Below are positions 18,757-29,041 of a stretch of DNA of 64,000 nucleotides, in pieces. The notes beneath the pieces were generated by a model. That model worked only from the letters and a program-made list of their open reading frames with translations. It was not told the origin of the DNA and searched no databases. The stretch spans positions 160,001 through 224,000 of the forward strand of contig CAVRCI010000004.1 of NCBI GenBank assembly GCA_963719495.1. The letters are read 5' to 3'. The first letter of the stretch is position 1. Every line of letters starts with the position of its first letter. Origin of the DNA: an uncultured Verrucomicrobiae bacterium (GTDB taxonomy: Bacteria; Verrucomicrobiota; Verrucomicrobiia; Chthoniobacterales; JAATET01). Position numbers and translations under genes: made by a program.

Positions 18757-19557
18757 TTAATCGGCCAGGACGGGATCGCCGAAGCGCTCGTAGAGAAAAT
18801 CGAGGACTTGATTGCGGAGGGCGTAGTAGCGCGGGTCTTCCCCGATCTCGGCGCGGGAGCGGGGGCGTTCGAACGGGACGTCGAAGATCTCGCCGATGGT
18901 GGCCTCCGGGCCGTTGGTGAGCATGACGAGGCGGTCGGCGAGGAGGATGGCTTCGTCGATGTCGTGGGTGATCATGACGACGGTGGTGCGGGTGGCTTCC
19001 CAGATCTCGAGGAGCTGATCCTGGACTTCTTCGCGGGTGAGGGCGTCGAGGGCACCGAAGGGTTCGTCGAGGAGGAGGACTTTGGGGCGAATGGCCAGGG
19101 CGCGGGCGATGGCGACGCGCTGCTTCATGCCGCCGGAGAGTTCGCCGGGGCGCTTGTGGGCGCTGGCGGTGAGGCCGACCATGTCGAGGTGTTCGTCGGT
19201 GATGCGGGCGCGCTCGGCTTTGCTCGCTTTGGGCATCGTGGCGCTCACGGCGAGGTGAACGTTCTCGGCCGCGGTGAGCCACGGGAGGAGCGAGTAGTTC
19301 TGGAAGACCATCATGCGGTCGGGGCCGGGTTCGGTGACCTCGGTGCCTTGCAGAATGACGCCGCCCTCGGTGGGGTTGCTCATGCCGGCGATCGCGTTCA
19401 TGAGGGTCGACTTGCCGCAGCCGGAGTGGCCGAGGAGGACGATGAATTCGCCTTCCTGGACGTCGAGCGAAATGTCCTTGAGAACGCAGGCGGGTGGGGC
19501 GCCGGCGCGGCCGGGGAAGGTCTTGGAGAGTTTGGAGAGTTCGAGGTAGGAGCTCAT
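18757..19557 (-). CDS. nrtD: nitrate ABC transporter ATP-binding subunit
   Basis: [32 protein letters not shown] overlap with nrtC. Confidence 0.9.
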   Translation of the reverse strand: MSSYLELSKLSKTFPGRAGAPPACVLKDISLDVQEGEFIVLLGHSGCGKSTLMNAIAGMSNPTEGGVILQGTEVTEPGPDRMMVFQNYSLLPWLTAAENVHLAVSATMPKASKAERARITDEHLDMVGLTASAHKRPGELSGGMKQRVAIARALAIRPKVLLLDEPFGALDALTREEVQDQLLEIWEATRTTVVMITHDIDEAILLADRLVMLTNGPEATIGEIFDVPFERPRSRAEIGEDPRYYALRNQVLDFLYERFGDPVLAD

Positions 19558-21377
19558 GCTGGGATAAGGTTGGTTTCGCGCGGAGGCGCGGAGGCGCGGA
19601 GGGATGGATACACTTGGTCGATGGTGGCTTCGCGGTCCTTGGGGGGAGTGATGAGGTTCCAGCGGGTGAGCTCGGTGAGGAGCCAATGGGCTTCTTCGCG
19701 GGTGGGGGTGGTGTCGGAGAAGACGTTGAAGTTGGGGGTCGTTGCCGTCTTGCCGTGGCCGTAGTCGTAGGTGCCGTTGAGGCCGGTAGCGCTGTAGGCG
19801 GGATCGGCGTTGGCGTAAGACTTCCGGGAAATGATCTCGATGAGTTCGGGGCGGTTGGCCATTTTGTCGCACCAGACGCAGGCCTCCTCAATGGCCGCGC
19901 GGATGGCGGCGTGTTTGTCGGGATTGGCTTCGGCCCACGGGGAGGTGGTGCCGAGGATTTTTTCCGGGTGGCCGGGAAGGAGATCGAGGTCCGTCGCAAC
20001 GACGTAGCCGGTGCCTTCGTGGACGGCGCGGGCGTTCCAGGGTTCGCCGACGCAGTAGCCGTCGAGATTCCCAGCGGCGAGGTTGGCGACCATCTGGGCG
20101 GGTGGGACGGAGATGATCTCGACGTCGTGGTCGGGGTCGATTCCGGCGTCGGCGAACCAGCGGCGGAGGATGAGATTGTGCATGGAGGTGGGAAAGACCA
20201 TGCCGAAGATGAGCTTGCGGTGGGTCGGGTCGCGGCGCGGAAGGTAGGCGGCAAGGTCGGCGGCGGACTGGATGCCGAGGGCGTGGAAACGCTCGGCGAG
20301 GGTGATGGCGTTGCCGTTGCGGCTGAGGACCATCGAGGCGATGAGCGGTTTGGCGGGTTGATCGTTGGTGGGGAGCGCGGCTCCGAGCGGCAGGCCGGCG
20401 ACCATGGCGGCGAGGTCGAGACGGCCTTCGGTGACGCCGTCGAGGATGGCCTTCCAACTCGGCTCGCGGCTGAGTCGCACGTCGACTCCGTGCTTTTTGA
20501 AGAGTCCGTGCTCCTGGGCGACGGCGAGCGGGGCGCAGTCGGAGAGGGGGATGAAGCCGATGTCGGTGGTCGTGCGGGGGGCGATGGGACCGCTTTTTTT
20601 GACCTTGTGCTTGTTGAGGAAGTAGAGGAGTTCGTTGCGTTGGCGGTAGTAGTTCGGGTGATTGATGGACTCGGCGCGGGTGCGGGGCCGGGGGAGGCCG
20701 ACGGTCATGAGTTCGCCGACCTTCGCGGCGGGGCCGTTGGACATCATGACGACGCGGTCGGAGAGGAGGAGGGCCTCTTCGACGTCGTGGGTGACCATGA
20801 GGACGGTGATGCGGTGGGCTTCCCAGATGCTTAGTAATTGCTCCTGCAGTCGGCCGCGGGTGAGGGCGTCGAGGGCGCCGAAGGGTTCGTCGAGGAGGAG
20901 GACGCGGGGCTTGGTGACGAGGGCGCGGGCGATGCCGACGCGCTGCTTCATCCCGCCGGAGATTTCGCCGGGGAATTTGTCGGCGGCGGGGACGAGGGAG
21001 ACCATGGCTAAGTGCTCGTCGACGAGGGCGGTGCGGTCGGCCTTGGAGAGTCGGGAGTGGACGGCGTCGACGCTCAGGCGGACGTTGGCGCGCACCGTTA
21101 GCCACGGGAGGAGGGAGTGGTTCTGAAAAACAAACATGCGGTCGGGGCCGGGGCCGGTGACGGGTTTGCCGCCGACGGTGATGCTGCCGGTGTCGCAGGG
21201 GTGGAAGCCGCCGACCATGTTGAGGAGGGTGGATTTCCCGCAGCCGGAGTGGCCGATGAGGGCGACGAATTCGCCTTCGCTAACGCGCAAATTGACCCCT
21301 TGGAGGGCGGGGAATTTTTTTCCGTTGGGAGCAGTGAACGTTTTGCTGACGTCCTGGATGTCGATGAAAGTGGTCAA
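19554..21377 (-). CDS. nrtC: nitrate ABC ATPase with C-terminal NrtA-like regulatory domain
   Basis: N-terminal ABC domain followed by GFIPLSDCAPL...GYCVGEPWN...HPEK. TTG start. Confidence 0.9.
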   Translation of the reverse strand: MTTFIDIQDVSKTFTAPNGKKFPALQGVNLRVSEGEFVALIGHSGCGKSTLLNMVGGFHPCDTGSITVGGKPVTGPGPDRMFVFQNHSLLPWLTVRANVRLSVDAVHSRLSKADRTALVDEHLAMVSLVPAADKFPGEISGGMKQRVGIARALVTKPRVLLLDEPFGALDALTRGRLQEQLLSIWEAHRITVLMVTHDVEEALLLSDRVVMMSNGPAAKVGELMTVGLPRPRTRAESINHPNYYRQRNELLYFLNKHKVKKSGPIAPRTTTDIGFIPLSDCAPLAVAQEHGLFKKHGVDVRLSREPSWKAILDGVTEGRLDLAAMVAGLPLGAALPTNDQPAKPLIASMVLSRNGNAITLAERFHALGIQSAADLAAYLPRRDPTHRKLIFGMVFPTSMHNLILRRWFADAGIDPDHDVEIISVPPAQMVANLAAGNLDGYCVGEPWNARAVHEGTGYVVATDLDLLPGHPEKILGTTSPWAEANPDKHAAIRAAIEEACVWCDKMANRPELIEIISRKSYANADPAYSATGLNGTYDYGHGKTATTPNFNVFSDTTPTREEAHWLLTELTRWNLITPPKDREATIDQVYPSLRASAPPRETNLIPA

Positions 21378-21380
21378 TTT

Positions 21381-21412
21381 ATTTATGATTTACCATTTAT
21401 GATTTATGATTT
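21381..21412. repeat. heptamer array (ATTTATG)n, left flank of the four-helix-bundle gene
   Basis: ATTTATG ATTTACC ATTTATG ATTTATG ATTT. Confidence 0.9.
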
Positions 21413-21422
21413 GGGGTGAGTC

Positions 21423-21779
21423 ATGAATCGGGATCAACTTGCCGCTCGGACGAAGGATTTTGCGAAGCGAGTGCTGCGAGTCGCTGAGGCGCTGCCGACT
21501 GGGTATGCCGGGAGAACGATTGGCGGTCAGATTTGTCGGAGTGGCTGCTCGGTCGCCGCGAACTACCGCGCGGCCTTGAGGGGTAAGTCTCGGGCTGACT
21601 TCGCCAACAAGATTACGATTGTCCTCGAGGAGGCCGACGAAACGATGTTCTGGCTCGAGATGGTGGGTGAGATGGACCTTCTCGCCGAAGACCGAATCAA
21701 GCCGCTCCTGGCCGAGGCTGAAGAGCTGGTCAAGATCTTCGGAGCGACTCTCGCCACCACCAAAAATCATAAATCGTAA
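21423..21779 (+). CDS. four-helix-bundle protein (23S rRNA intervening-sequence protein / Avd-like family)
   Basis: RTKDFAKRV...LP...QICRSGCSVAANYRAA..GKSRADFANKITIVLEEADETMFWLE...EAEELVKIF. Antisense to the surrounding operon. Confidence 0.92.
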   Translation: MNRDQLAARTKDFAKRVLRVAEALPTGYAGRTIGGQICRSGCSVAANYRAALRGKSRADFANKITIVLEEADETMFWLEMVGEMDLLAEDRIKPLLAEAEELVKIFGATLATTKNHKS

Positions 21780-21798
21780 ATCATAAATCATAAATCAG
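21764..21798. repeat. heptamer array (AAATCAT)n, right flank, inverted relative to 21381-21412
   Basis: AAATCAT AAATCGT AAATCAT AAATCAT AAATCAG. Supplies the TAA stop at 21777-21779. Confidence 0.9.
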
Positions 21799-21809
21799 GC
21801 TGGCGACGG

Positions 21810-22838
21810 TCAGTGTTGGAAGCCGACAAGGCGTTGAAGAATCACCATCAGCTGGTCCAGTAAGAATCCAACCAGCCCGATGATGAAGACGGCTACGAAG
21901 ATTTGGGCGAGGGTTTGGCTCGAGCCGTTTTGATACATGTCCCAGATGAATTTTCCCAAGCCGGGGTTCTGGGCCAACATCTCGGCGGCGATGAGGACCA
22001 TCCAGCCAACTCCGAGGCTAAGGCGGAGGCCGGTGAAGATGAAGGGGAGGGCGGAGGGGATGATGATCTTGGTGACTCGGGTCCAGGGGCTTAGCTTGAG
22101 GACGCGGGCGACGTTGAGGTGGTCTTTGTCGATGGAGGCGACGCCGACGGCGGTGTTGATGAGGGTGGGCCAGAGCGAACAGACGGCGACGGTGATCGCG
22201 GAGCTGAGGAAGGCTTTTTCGAAGAGGGGGTCGGTCGGGTTGTAGAGGGCGCTGACCAGGATCATGATGATGGGGAGCCAGGCGAGGGGGGAGACGGGCT
22301 TGAAAATCTGGATGAAGGGCGCGATGGCGCTGTCGACCCACTTGTTGGACCCGGCGAGGATGCCGATGGGGATCGCGATGACGGACGCGATGAGGAATCC
22401 GAAGAAAACGGTGTAAATGCTGGTGAAGACCTGGTCGACGATGGTGGGCTTGCCGGCGTATTTGCGATCCGGGTAGGTTCGGTCGGGGAACTTGGCTTCG
22501 TATTTGGCCTTCTTCTCGTCGAGGCTGGCGTAGAAGTCGCGGGCTTTCGTTCGCTCGTTGGCGTGGTCCTGCCAGAGGGCGGCGCCTTCCTTCCAGGTGG
22601 CGACGGGGCCGGGGATGCTGCCGAAGTTGACTTGGATGTTGGCGGCGACGACGCCCCAGACGACGAGGAAAAGGAGGAAGGCCACCGCGGGGGCGGCGAC
22701 CTTCTGGAGGACGGTGGTGGCGTGGGCGGCGAGCTTGGCGGTATTCAATCTTGGCTTCGTTGCCGGGGGCGTCACGGCGACCGCCGGTGCCTCCGCGAGG
22801 GGCGCGGTGGGTGGGATGGCTTCGGCGGTTTGGCTCAT
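21810..22838 (-). CDS. nrtB: nitrate ABC transporter permease
   Basis: [43 protein letters not shown]. Confidence 0.92.
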   Translation of the reverse strand: MSQTAEAIPPTAPLAEAPAVAVTPPATKPRLNTAKLAAHATTVLQKVAAPAVAFLLFLVVWGVVAANIQVNFGSIPGPVATWKEGAALWQDHANERTKARDFYASLDEKKAKYEAKFPDRTYPDRKYAGKPTIVDQVFTSIYTVFFGFLIASVIAIPIGILAGSNKWVDSAIAPFIQIFKPVSPLAWLPIIMILVSALYNPTDPLFEKAFLSSAITVAVCSLWPTLINTAVGVASIDKDHLNVARVLKLSPWTRVTKIIIPSALPFIFTGLRLSLGVGWMVLIAAEMLAQNPGLGKFIWDMYQNGSSQTLAQIFVAVFIIGLVGFLLDQLMVILQRLVGFQH

Positions 22839-22872
22839 GGGAGTCTTAAGTTTATAAGAATTAAGAATTAAG

Positions 22873-24192
22873 TTATTTCAGGCCGACTTTCAGCGACTCG
22901 AGGTAGGCGTTGGGTTGCTTGCCGTCGTAGGTGATGCCGTCGATGAAGGCGTCGGTGGCGGGGCGGTAGCCGTCGGTTTTCGGAATGTCGGAGTCCGTCA
23001 GGAAACCATCTTCCTGAAGGGATTTGGCGGCTTCCAAGTAGATGGCGGGCTTGTAGACGGACTTGGCGGTCTCGGCATACCAGTCGTCGGTCTTGGTCTC
23101 GGCGATCTGGCCCCAGCGGCGCATCTGGGTGAGATACCAGATGGCGTCGCTGTAGAAGGGATAGGTGGCGTCGTAGCGGAAGAAGACGTTGAAGTCGGGG
23201 AGCTCGCGGACGTCGCCTTTCTCGTATTCGAAGGTGCCGGTCATGCTGGCTTCGATGACTTCGACGTCGGCCCCGACGTATTCGGGGCGGGAGAGGATTT
23301 CGCAGGCCTTCTTGCGGTTTTCCGTGCTGTCATCCAGCCATTTGCCGGCGCGGATGAGGGCTTTGACGACGGCGATGTGGGTCTGCGGGTTTTCGGTGGC
23401 CCATTTTTCGGAGACGCCGAAGACTTTTTCGGGATTGTTTTTCCAGATCTCGTAGTCGGTGATGACGGGAACGCCGATGCCTTTGAAGACGGCTTGTTGA
23501 TTCCAAGGTTCGCCGACGCAGTAGCCCTGGATGGTGCCTTGGGCGAGGGTGGCGGGCATTTGCGGCGGGGGGGTGACGCTGAGGAGAATGTCGGCGTCGG
23601 TGGTGCCGGTGGTGTCGCCGTTGGTGTAGAAGCCGGGGCTGATCCCGGCGGCGGCGAGCCAGTAGCGGAGTTCGTAGTTGTGCGTGGAGACCGGGAAGAC
23701 CATGCCGAACTTGAGCGGGGTGCCGGCGTTTTTGTATTGCTCGGCGATCTTGGCGATGGTGTCGGCGGTGATGGGGTGTTCGGGTTTTTCCTTGGCTAAG
23801 TTGGGGTCGAGCGCCTGCATCTGTTTCCAGATTTCGTTGGAGACGGTGATGGCGTTGCCGTTGAGATCCATGCTGAAGGCGGTGATGATGGGGGCCTTGG
23901 TGCCGATGCCGATGGTGGCCCCGAGGGGTTGGCCAGCGAGCATGTGGGCGCCGTCGAGTTCGCCGCTGATGACGCGGTCGAGAAGGACCTTCCAGTTCGC
24001 CTGAGCTTCGATTTCGACGAAGAGGCCTTCGTCTTCGAAGTAGCCGAGCTCCTTGGCGATGATGAGCGGGGCGCAGTCGGTGAGCTTGATGAAGCCGAAC
24101 TTGAGTTCGATCTTTTCGGCGTCGATGACGCCGGCGTGGGTGGTGAGGGCGAGGCCGAGGATGGCGGCGAGAGTGGTGAGTTTGTGGATCAT
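22873..24192 (-). CDS. nrtA: nitrate ABC transporter substrate-binding protein (CmpA/NrtA)
   Basis: Signal peptide; [36 protein letters not shown]. Confidence 0.92.
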   Translation of the reverse strand: MIHKLTTLAAILGLALTTHAGVIDAEKIELKFGFIKLTDCAPLIIAKELGYFEDEGLFVEIEAQANWKVLLDRVISGELDGAHMLAGQPLGATIGIGTKAPIITAFSMDLNGNAITVSNEIWKQMQALDPNLAKEKPEHPITADTIAKIAEQYKNAGTPLKFGMVFPVSTHNYELRYWLAAAGISPGFYTNGDTTGTTDADILLSVTPPPQMPATLAQGTIQGYCVGEPWNQQAVFKGIGVPVITDYEIWKNNPEKVFGVSEKWATENPQTHIAVVKALIRAGKWLDDSTENRKKACEILSRPEYVGADVEVIEASMTGTFEYEKGDVRELPDFNVFFRYDATYPFYSDAIWYLTQMRRWGQIAETKTDDWYAETAKSVYKPAIYLEAAKSLQEDGFLTDSDIPKTDGYRPATDAFIDGITYDGKQPNAYLESLKVGLK

Positions 24193-24207
24193 GGTGTGGT
24201 TGGTGGG

Positions 24208-25293
24208 TCAGGCGGTGACTAATTGGCGGGTCCGGGTGGTTTGGTTTTTCGTAATGAGGTCGGGTTCGAGAAAGGCGTCGAAGCAGAGGCGGCGCGCATC
24301 ACTGTCGAGGGGAGCGGGGTTGGATTCGGCGAGGGCGTCGAGGCACCACTCGGCGCGATCGTGCGTGGCGGCGTTGGCCGATCCGCGATAAAACCGGAAG
24401 AGGTCGCCGGGCAGATCGCTGGATTTCGGAACGCCGGTTTGGAATGGGCCGACGAGCGAATTGCGCAGGGTGTCCTCACTCAGGCCGGGAAAGATGCGGC
24501 GCTCGTGGAGGAGCTGCGCGACGGCGGGGCGGTTCGCGGGATCGTCGCAGAATTTGCAGGCTTTGATGAGCGCGGCGCGAAGGGCCTGGCAGGCACCGGG
24601 GGCTTTCGCGCGAACGGAGTCACGCATCATGAGCACCTTTTCGGGGTGGTTTGGTGCGATGCTGCCGCTTGTGGCGATGATCCAACCGTCGCCCGCGAGG
24701 GCGGCTTGGGAATTCCAGGGTTCGCCGACGCAGAAGCCGTCGATGAGGCCCGCCCGGAGGTGTTCGCCGACGAGGGGTGGGGGCAGGACGACGGTGCGGA
24801 CGTCGCGGTCGGGGTGAAGACCGCAGGAGCGGAGCCACTCGCGCAGGAGAAAGGGATGGCTGGAGTGGGCGGAGGCGACGGCGAAGGTGGGGCGGCGGGG
24901 GGCTTCGCCGCGGAGCGTGAGGCGGAGGCTGGCGGCGTCGCGGACGCCCTTTTCCCAGAATCGGCGCGAGAGGGTGATGGCGTTGCCGCCGAGGTTGATG
25001 ACGAGATCGGTGGAGACGGGGCGGGGGCGGGTGAGGGTGCCGAGGAGAATTGAAAAGAGGAGTCCGCCGGGCGCGTGGGCGGCGTCGAGTTCGTCGTAGA
25101 CGATCTTTTCGCGGATGGATCCCCAGCCGAGTTCGGCGCTGAGTCGGACGTCGAGCCCGGCTTTGCGGAAGAGGCCGCGTTCTTCGGCGACTAGGAGGGG
25201 GGCGGCGTCGATGAGGGGGACGTAACCGATACGAAAATCACCACGCGTCGGGGTGACGATGGGTTTCGTTGATTTGACGAAGGCCTTGGACAC
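24208..25293 (-). CDS. cytoplasmic NrtA-like protein (NasS-type nitrate sensor)
   Basis: GYVPLIDAAPL, GWGSIREK, DGFCVGEPWN, HPEKVL. No signal peptide. Start uncertain (GTG 25293, or ATG 25389 overlapping the LysR ATG). Confidence 0.8.
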   Translation of the reverse strand: MSKAFVKSTKPIVTPTRGDFRIGYVPLIDAAPLLVAEERGLFRKAGLDVRLSAELGWGSIREKIVYDELDAAHAPGGLLFSILLGTLTRPRPVSTDLVINLGGNAITLSRRFWEKGVRDAASLRLTLRGEAPRRPTFAVASAHSSHPFLLREWLRSCGLHPDRDVRTVVLPPPLVGEHLRAGLIDGFCVGEPWNSQAALAGDGWIIATSGSIAPNHPEKVLMMRDSVRAKAPGACQALRAALIKACKFCDDPANRPAVAQLLHERRIFPGLSEDTLRNSLVGPFQTGVPKSSDLPGDLFRFYRGSANAATHDRAEWCLDALAESNPAPLDSDARRLCFDAFLEPDLITKNQTTRTRQLVTA

Positions 25294-25370
25294 GCGATTT
25301 CTTTGAGCATCGGCGGTGCCATCGCGCCGAATCCGTTCCAAAAATGGCGTGATTGTTTTCTTCGGAAATG

Positions 25371-25385
25371 ATGAATGGGATTCAT
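25371..25385. promoter_or_regulatory. LysR-type T-N11-A palindrome ATGAAT-GGG-ATTCAT
   Basis: Dyad in the divergent lysR/nitrate-operon region, 2 nt before the LysR ATG. Confidence 0.6.
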
Positions 25386-25387
25386 TC

Positions 25388-26308
25388 ATGGAATCCGACC
25401 TCGACCTCCGATTGCTCCGGGTGTTTACGACGCTTGCACGGGTGGGGAGTTTTACCCGAACGGCGGAGCTGATGAGCGTGACGCAGTCGGCGATCAGTCA
25501 CGGGATGAAGCGGCTGGAGGAGCAGCTTGGGTGTCCTCTGATCTACAAGAAGGGCAAAACGACGCACCTGACACCGGAGGGGCGGCGATTTTTGGGTCAG
25601 GTGCTTCGGATTCTCGACGCGGTGGATCGGGCGGCGGAGTCGGTGTCGACGAAGGGCGCCGCGTCGGGGAAGCTGAGTGTGATTTTCACGACATCGATGG
25701 CGCAGTCGATCCTGGCACCGGTTCTACGGGAGTTTCGCGAGTCGTATCCGGACGTGTCGGTGATCGTGAAGTTGCAAAACTCGCCGCAGGCGGTGAAGGA
25801 AGTCGAGGAAGGGACGGCGGATCTGGCGTTGGTGGTAGAGGATGTGCTGCCGGTGGGTTTGAAGGCGCATCCGCTCTTCGAGGATCAGCTCGAGTTACTG
25901 GTCTCGCCGTTGCATCGGTGGGCGGACGTGAAGCGGTTGTCGACGGCGGATTTGTCGAAGGAGCACTTTCTGCTTTATCAGCAGGGGAGCGTCACGTTTC
26001 GGCGGATGGAGGATTATTTTTTGCAGTGCGGCGTGCGGTTGCAGTCCTACGTGGAGATTCCGAGTTTCGAGGTGATGAAGCAGCTGGCGCGGTTGGGCCT
26101 GGGGGTGGCGCTGATGGCTCCGTGGGTGGCGGCCGATGAACTGGCGGACGGGTCGCTGGTGGCGCGGCCAACTCCCAAGTCTACCGTTAAGCGAAAATGG
26201 GTCGTGGTGCATCAGGGGCACCGGGTGCTGCGGGAGACGGAGCAGACGTTTATCGGGCTTTGCCGAATGGCGGCGGCGCGGGTGGAGGGGAGGGGGGTGG
26301 GTGGGTGA
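25388..26308 (+). CDS. LysR-family transcriptional regulator
   Basis: LRLLRVF...GSFTRTAELMSVTQSAISHGMKRLEEQLG...LTPEG HTH plus substrate-binding domain. Confidence 0.95.
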   Translation: MESDLDLRLLRVFTTLARVGSFTRTAELMSVTQSAISHGMKRLEEQLGCPLIYKKGKTTHLTPEGRRFLGQVLRILDAVDRAAESVSTKGAASGKLSVIFTTSMAQSILAPVLREFRESYPDVSVIVKLQNSPQAVKEVEEGTADLALVVEDVLPVGLKAHPLFEDQLELLVSPLHRWADVKRLSTADLSKEHFLLYQQGSVTFRRMEDYFLQCGVRLQSYVEIPSFEVMKQLARLGLGVALMAPWVAADELADGSLVARPTPKSTVKRKWVVVHQGHRVLRETEQTFIGLCRMAAARVEGRGVGG

Positions 26309-26399
26309 CGTGAATGGTGGGTGGTGGAATGCGAATGCGGCGCGGGGTTGGACCGCGCCGCTTGGGTTGATTTGAGGCGGCTTGGGCCGCCTTTGGGGT

Positions 26400-26478
26400 C
26401 GGCTCTCTCGCTTTGCTCGATTTGCCAGGTGATGCGGCGGGACGCCGCATCTCGCACGCGGGGACGCGTGCGCTCCCC
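26400..26478. repeat. REP-like double-hairpin element, copy 2
   Basis: GATGCGGC-GGGAC-GCCGCATC T CGCACGC-GGGGAC-GCGTGCG CTCCCC. Abuts the porin stop codon. Confidence 0.85.
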
Positions 26479-27858
26479 TCAGAAATTCACTTTGGCGCTG
26501 ATGCCGAGGATGTTGGCGTTTTGGATTTCTCCGGTGGCGCTGGGGCGGATGATGTATTGCCAGAACGGTTGGATGGTGACGAATTTGTTGACCGCGAAGC
26601 GGTAGTCGACCTCGATGACGGCTTCGTAGGTTTTCTGGATTTGTTGGTTGGCTTCCTGGCGGGCCTGGATGCGGTCGTAGCTGAACTGGCCATACATGAA
26701 GGCGGCTCCGATGGCGTCGTCGTCGCGGCCGGGGAAGGGTCCTTTGTAGAGGAGGCCGGTGTGGAAGTAGAAGGGGAGGAGGTTGTTATACTTCGGCGCG
26801 AAGTTGACGAAGTTGATCATGTAGAGGCCTTGTGGACTGAGCGCGGGTAGGACGGGATCGACGGGAGTTTTAAAGGACTTGGCCGACGGGTAGGTTTTCC
26901 CGTCGGACGGACCCTTGGCGTAGACGGGTTCGGGTTGCGGTGAGGACTCGCGGAAGAGCATTTGGTCGGCTTGGAAGTAGAAGGTGTTGCGTTCGTCGTA
27001 GGAGGCTCCGTTGAAGGAGGTGTTTTCTTCGCCGTAGTAGATGGCTCCGGCGACGTATTTGCCGGGGAGTTGGTCTTCGCCGAGTTTCGGAGTGAGGCCG
27101 GCTTCGACGAGGCCGTAGAGGCCGTTGCTCTCGGGTGGGTTCGCGCCCTCGAAGTAGAGGCCGTGATTGGCGGTGCTGGAGCCGCCGGGAGCCGCAAGGT
27201 AGAGGCCTCCCTGGACGTAGAATAGGTCGCTGGGCTTGACGTTGAGGAAGCCGCCCCAGGATTCGTAGGCTCCGTTGAACGGGATGCCGTTCGCGCCGAT
27301 ACCCTTGATCTGGAAGATCGAGTTGTTGATGAAGAACCGGGAGTCCGGCTGGTCGGCGAAGTGGAACATGGGATTCTGCCAGCCGCCGGAAAGCGTGAAC
27401 AGATTGTTGGGTCCGACGAGATCGCCGGAAGTCCACGTGAAGAAGAACGGCATGAGGCGAATCTGTTTGCCGGCTTGCGTGTGGGATGGGTTGAAGATCG
27501 GGGATGCGCCGACGTATTCGTTGACGTCGGTGCCGTCTCGCCAGCGGACCGCTCCGGTGAGCGAAAGGCCGGGAATGTTCGCCATTTTTTCGAGATCGAG
27601 TTTGGCGAAGAGCCAGACTTCCTCGTCGAAAGCGCCGTGCTGATCGAGGCCGCCGCCGGTGATTCCGTAGAAGGTGCCCTGCCACCAACCAAAGACCTTG
27701 ATGCCGTGGTCCTCGAGGGTCGGGCGGACGCCGAGCCATTCGCCGGTGGCGTGTTTACCCTCCCAGTAGTCGCCGAGGGTGGATTGCGCCGCGAGGGGCG
27801 AGAGGGCCGCGGCTTGAGCGGCGGCGGCGAGCGTGAACGTGCGGAGTAAGGATTTCAT
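26479..27858 (-). CDS. OprB-like (carbohydrate-selective) porin
   Basis: Signal peptide MKSLLRTF...; TGEWLGVRPTLEDHG; LLYKGPFPGRDDDAIG; QPFWQYIIRP; C-terminal Phe. Confidence 0.88.
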   Translation of the reverse strand: MKSLLRTFTLAAAAQAAALSPLAAQSTLGDYWEGKHATGEWLGVRPTLEDHGIKVFGWWQGTFYGITGGGLDQHGAFDEEVWLFAKLDLEKMANIPGLSLTGAVRWRDGTDVNEYVGASPIFNPSHTQAGKQIRLMPFFFTWTSGDLVGPNNLFTLSGGWQNPMFHFADQPDSRFFINNSIFQIKGIGANGIPFNGAYESWGGFLNVKPSDLFYVQGGLYLAAPGGSSTANHGLYFEGANPPESNGLYGLVEAGLTPKLGEDQLPGKYVAGAIYYGEENTSFNGASYDERNTFYFQADQMLFRESSPQPEPVYAKGPSDGKTYPSAKSFKTPVDPVLPALSPQGLYMINFVNFAPKYNNLLPFYFHTGLLYKGPFPGRDDDAIGAAFMYGQFSYDRIQARQEANQQIQKTYEAVIEVDYRFAVNKFVTIQPFWQYIIRPSATGEIQNANILGISAKVNF

Positions 27859-27990
27859 GGTTGGTCTCGGGTTTTTTTGGGTGGGTGGGTTGGCTGACGG
27901 TTTGGTGCGCTTTCGAGACCGGGAATGAGCAGACGGGGAGCCGGGTGGGTCGAGGTGCTTAATTATTTTGGGATACAATTTTGTTGAATG

Positions 27991-28007
27991 CATGAATTGT
28001 GTTCATG
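27991..28007. promoter_or_regulatory. second ATGAA-N5-TTCAT dyad, upstream of the porin
   Basis: CATGAA-TTGTG-TTCATG in an AT-rich promoter-like region. Same geometry as 25371-25385. Confidence 0.5.
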
Positions 28008-28099
28008 GTTCGGTGGCGGCGTGGGGGGAGGAGTGACGCTTCGCGTTTGGGATTGAGGCGTTGGGCTGGAAGCCCGACGCAACAGGCTGGAAGCCTGTT

Positions 28100-29020
28100 T
28101 TACCCGAATGCCGTTGCCGCTTCGTTTGCGGTGTTCACGTGAACTTGGACGACTTTGGTGACGTCTTTCGTGTAGCCGCCAGCCAGAACCCAGGCGATCG
28201 GGATGCCTTGGTCGCGGGCGAATTCGAAGACTCGGCGGTCGCGGGCGGCGAGGTCTTCGGGTCCGAGATCCAAGGGGGAATAGGGGTCGTCGCGGAGAGG
28301 ATCGGCTCCGGCTTGGTAGAGGAGGAGGTCGGGCTTGCCTTTCGCGATCAGGCTCGGGAGATTTTTTCCCAGGATGGCGAGCATTTCGGGGCCTTGGCAG
28401 CGGTTGGGGAGGATGGCGGATTCGTGGTTGGGGCCGGTGGGGTGGCGGATGGTGGTGACGTCGGCGTGGGGGACGTTGTCCCAGTAGTCGTTGCCGTAGA
28501 TCGAGAGGGCGAAGACGTGGGGGCGGGTCTCGGCGAGGGTGGCGGTGCCGTTGCCGTAGTGGAGGTCGAGGTCGAGGATGGCGGCGGTGCGGATCCTGCC
28601 GGCGGCGACGAGGGCGTCGATGGCGACGATGAGGCCGTTGAAGGTGCAGAAGCCTTCGCCGTGATCGGCGTGGGCGTGGTGGAAGCCGCTGACGAGCGCG
28701 CCGGAGATGCCGGTGTCGAGGGCGGTGGTGGCGGCGGCGAGGACGCCGCCGTTGGTGAGACGAACGGAGGCGTCGAGGGTGGGTGACCACGGGAATTTTT
28801 GAGATTCAGCGAGTTCGCGGGGGGTGCCGGTGCGGATGGCTTCGACGTAAGCGGGGGTGTGGACGCGGAGGAGGTCGGGGTCGGTGACGGGGGAGGGGGC
28901 GGTGACGGTGAAGCGGGGGTCGGTGGCGAGCGCTTCGGCGACGAGCCGGAATTTGCGGATCGGCATAACGTGGTTGCCGAGGGAAACTTCGAAGCCGGGG
29001 TGGTGGTGGAGGGGGATCAT
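28100..29020 (-). CDS. histone deacetylase-family Zn-dependent deacylase
   Basis: LRVH...Y, GFHHAH...GEGFCTFN, LDLDLHYGNGT, YQAGADP..DDP, LAGGY. Confidence 0.92.
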   Translation of the reverse strand: MIPLHHHPGFEVSLGNHVMPIRKFRLVAEALATDPRFTVTAPSPVTDPDLLRVHTPAYVEAIRTGTPRELAESQKFPWSPTLDASVRLTNGGVLAAATTALDTGISGALVSGFHHAHADHGEGFCTFNGLIVAIDALVAAGRIRTAAILDLDLHYGNGTATLAETRPHVFALSIYGNDYWDNVPHADVTTIRHPTGPNHESAILPNRCQGPEMLAILGKNLPSLIAKGKPDLLLYQAGADPLRDDPYSPLDLGPEDLAARDRRVFEFARDQGIPIAWVLAGGYTKDVTKVVQVHVNTANEAATAFG

Positions 29021-29041
29021 CCTTGGAAGGAAGTTGCGAGT

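Noticed and set aside
17162..20254. 1030-aa ORF as a single gene
   Set aside because: Only 18040-18751 (the nirA N-half) is meaningful; the rest is out-of-frame overlap with nrtC/nrtD and the nirA C-half.
21423..21779. Avd of a diversity-generating retroelement
   Set aside because: No reverse transcriptase or TR/VR pair with adenine-specific mismatches is visible in the window.
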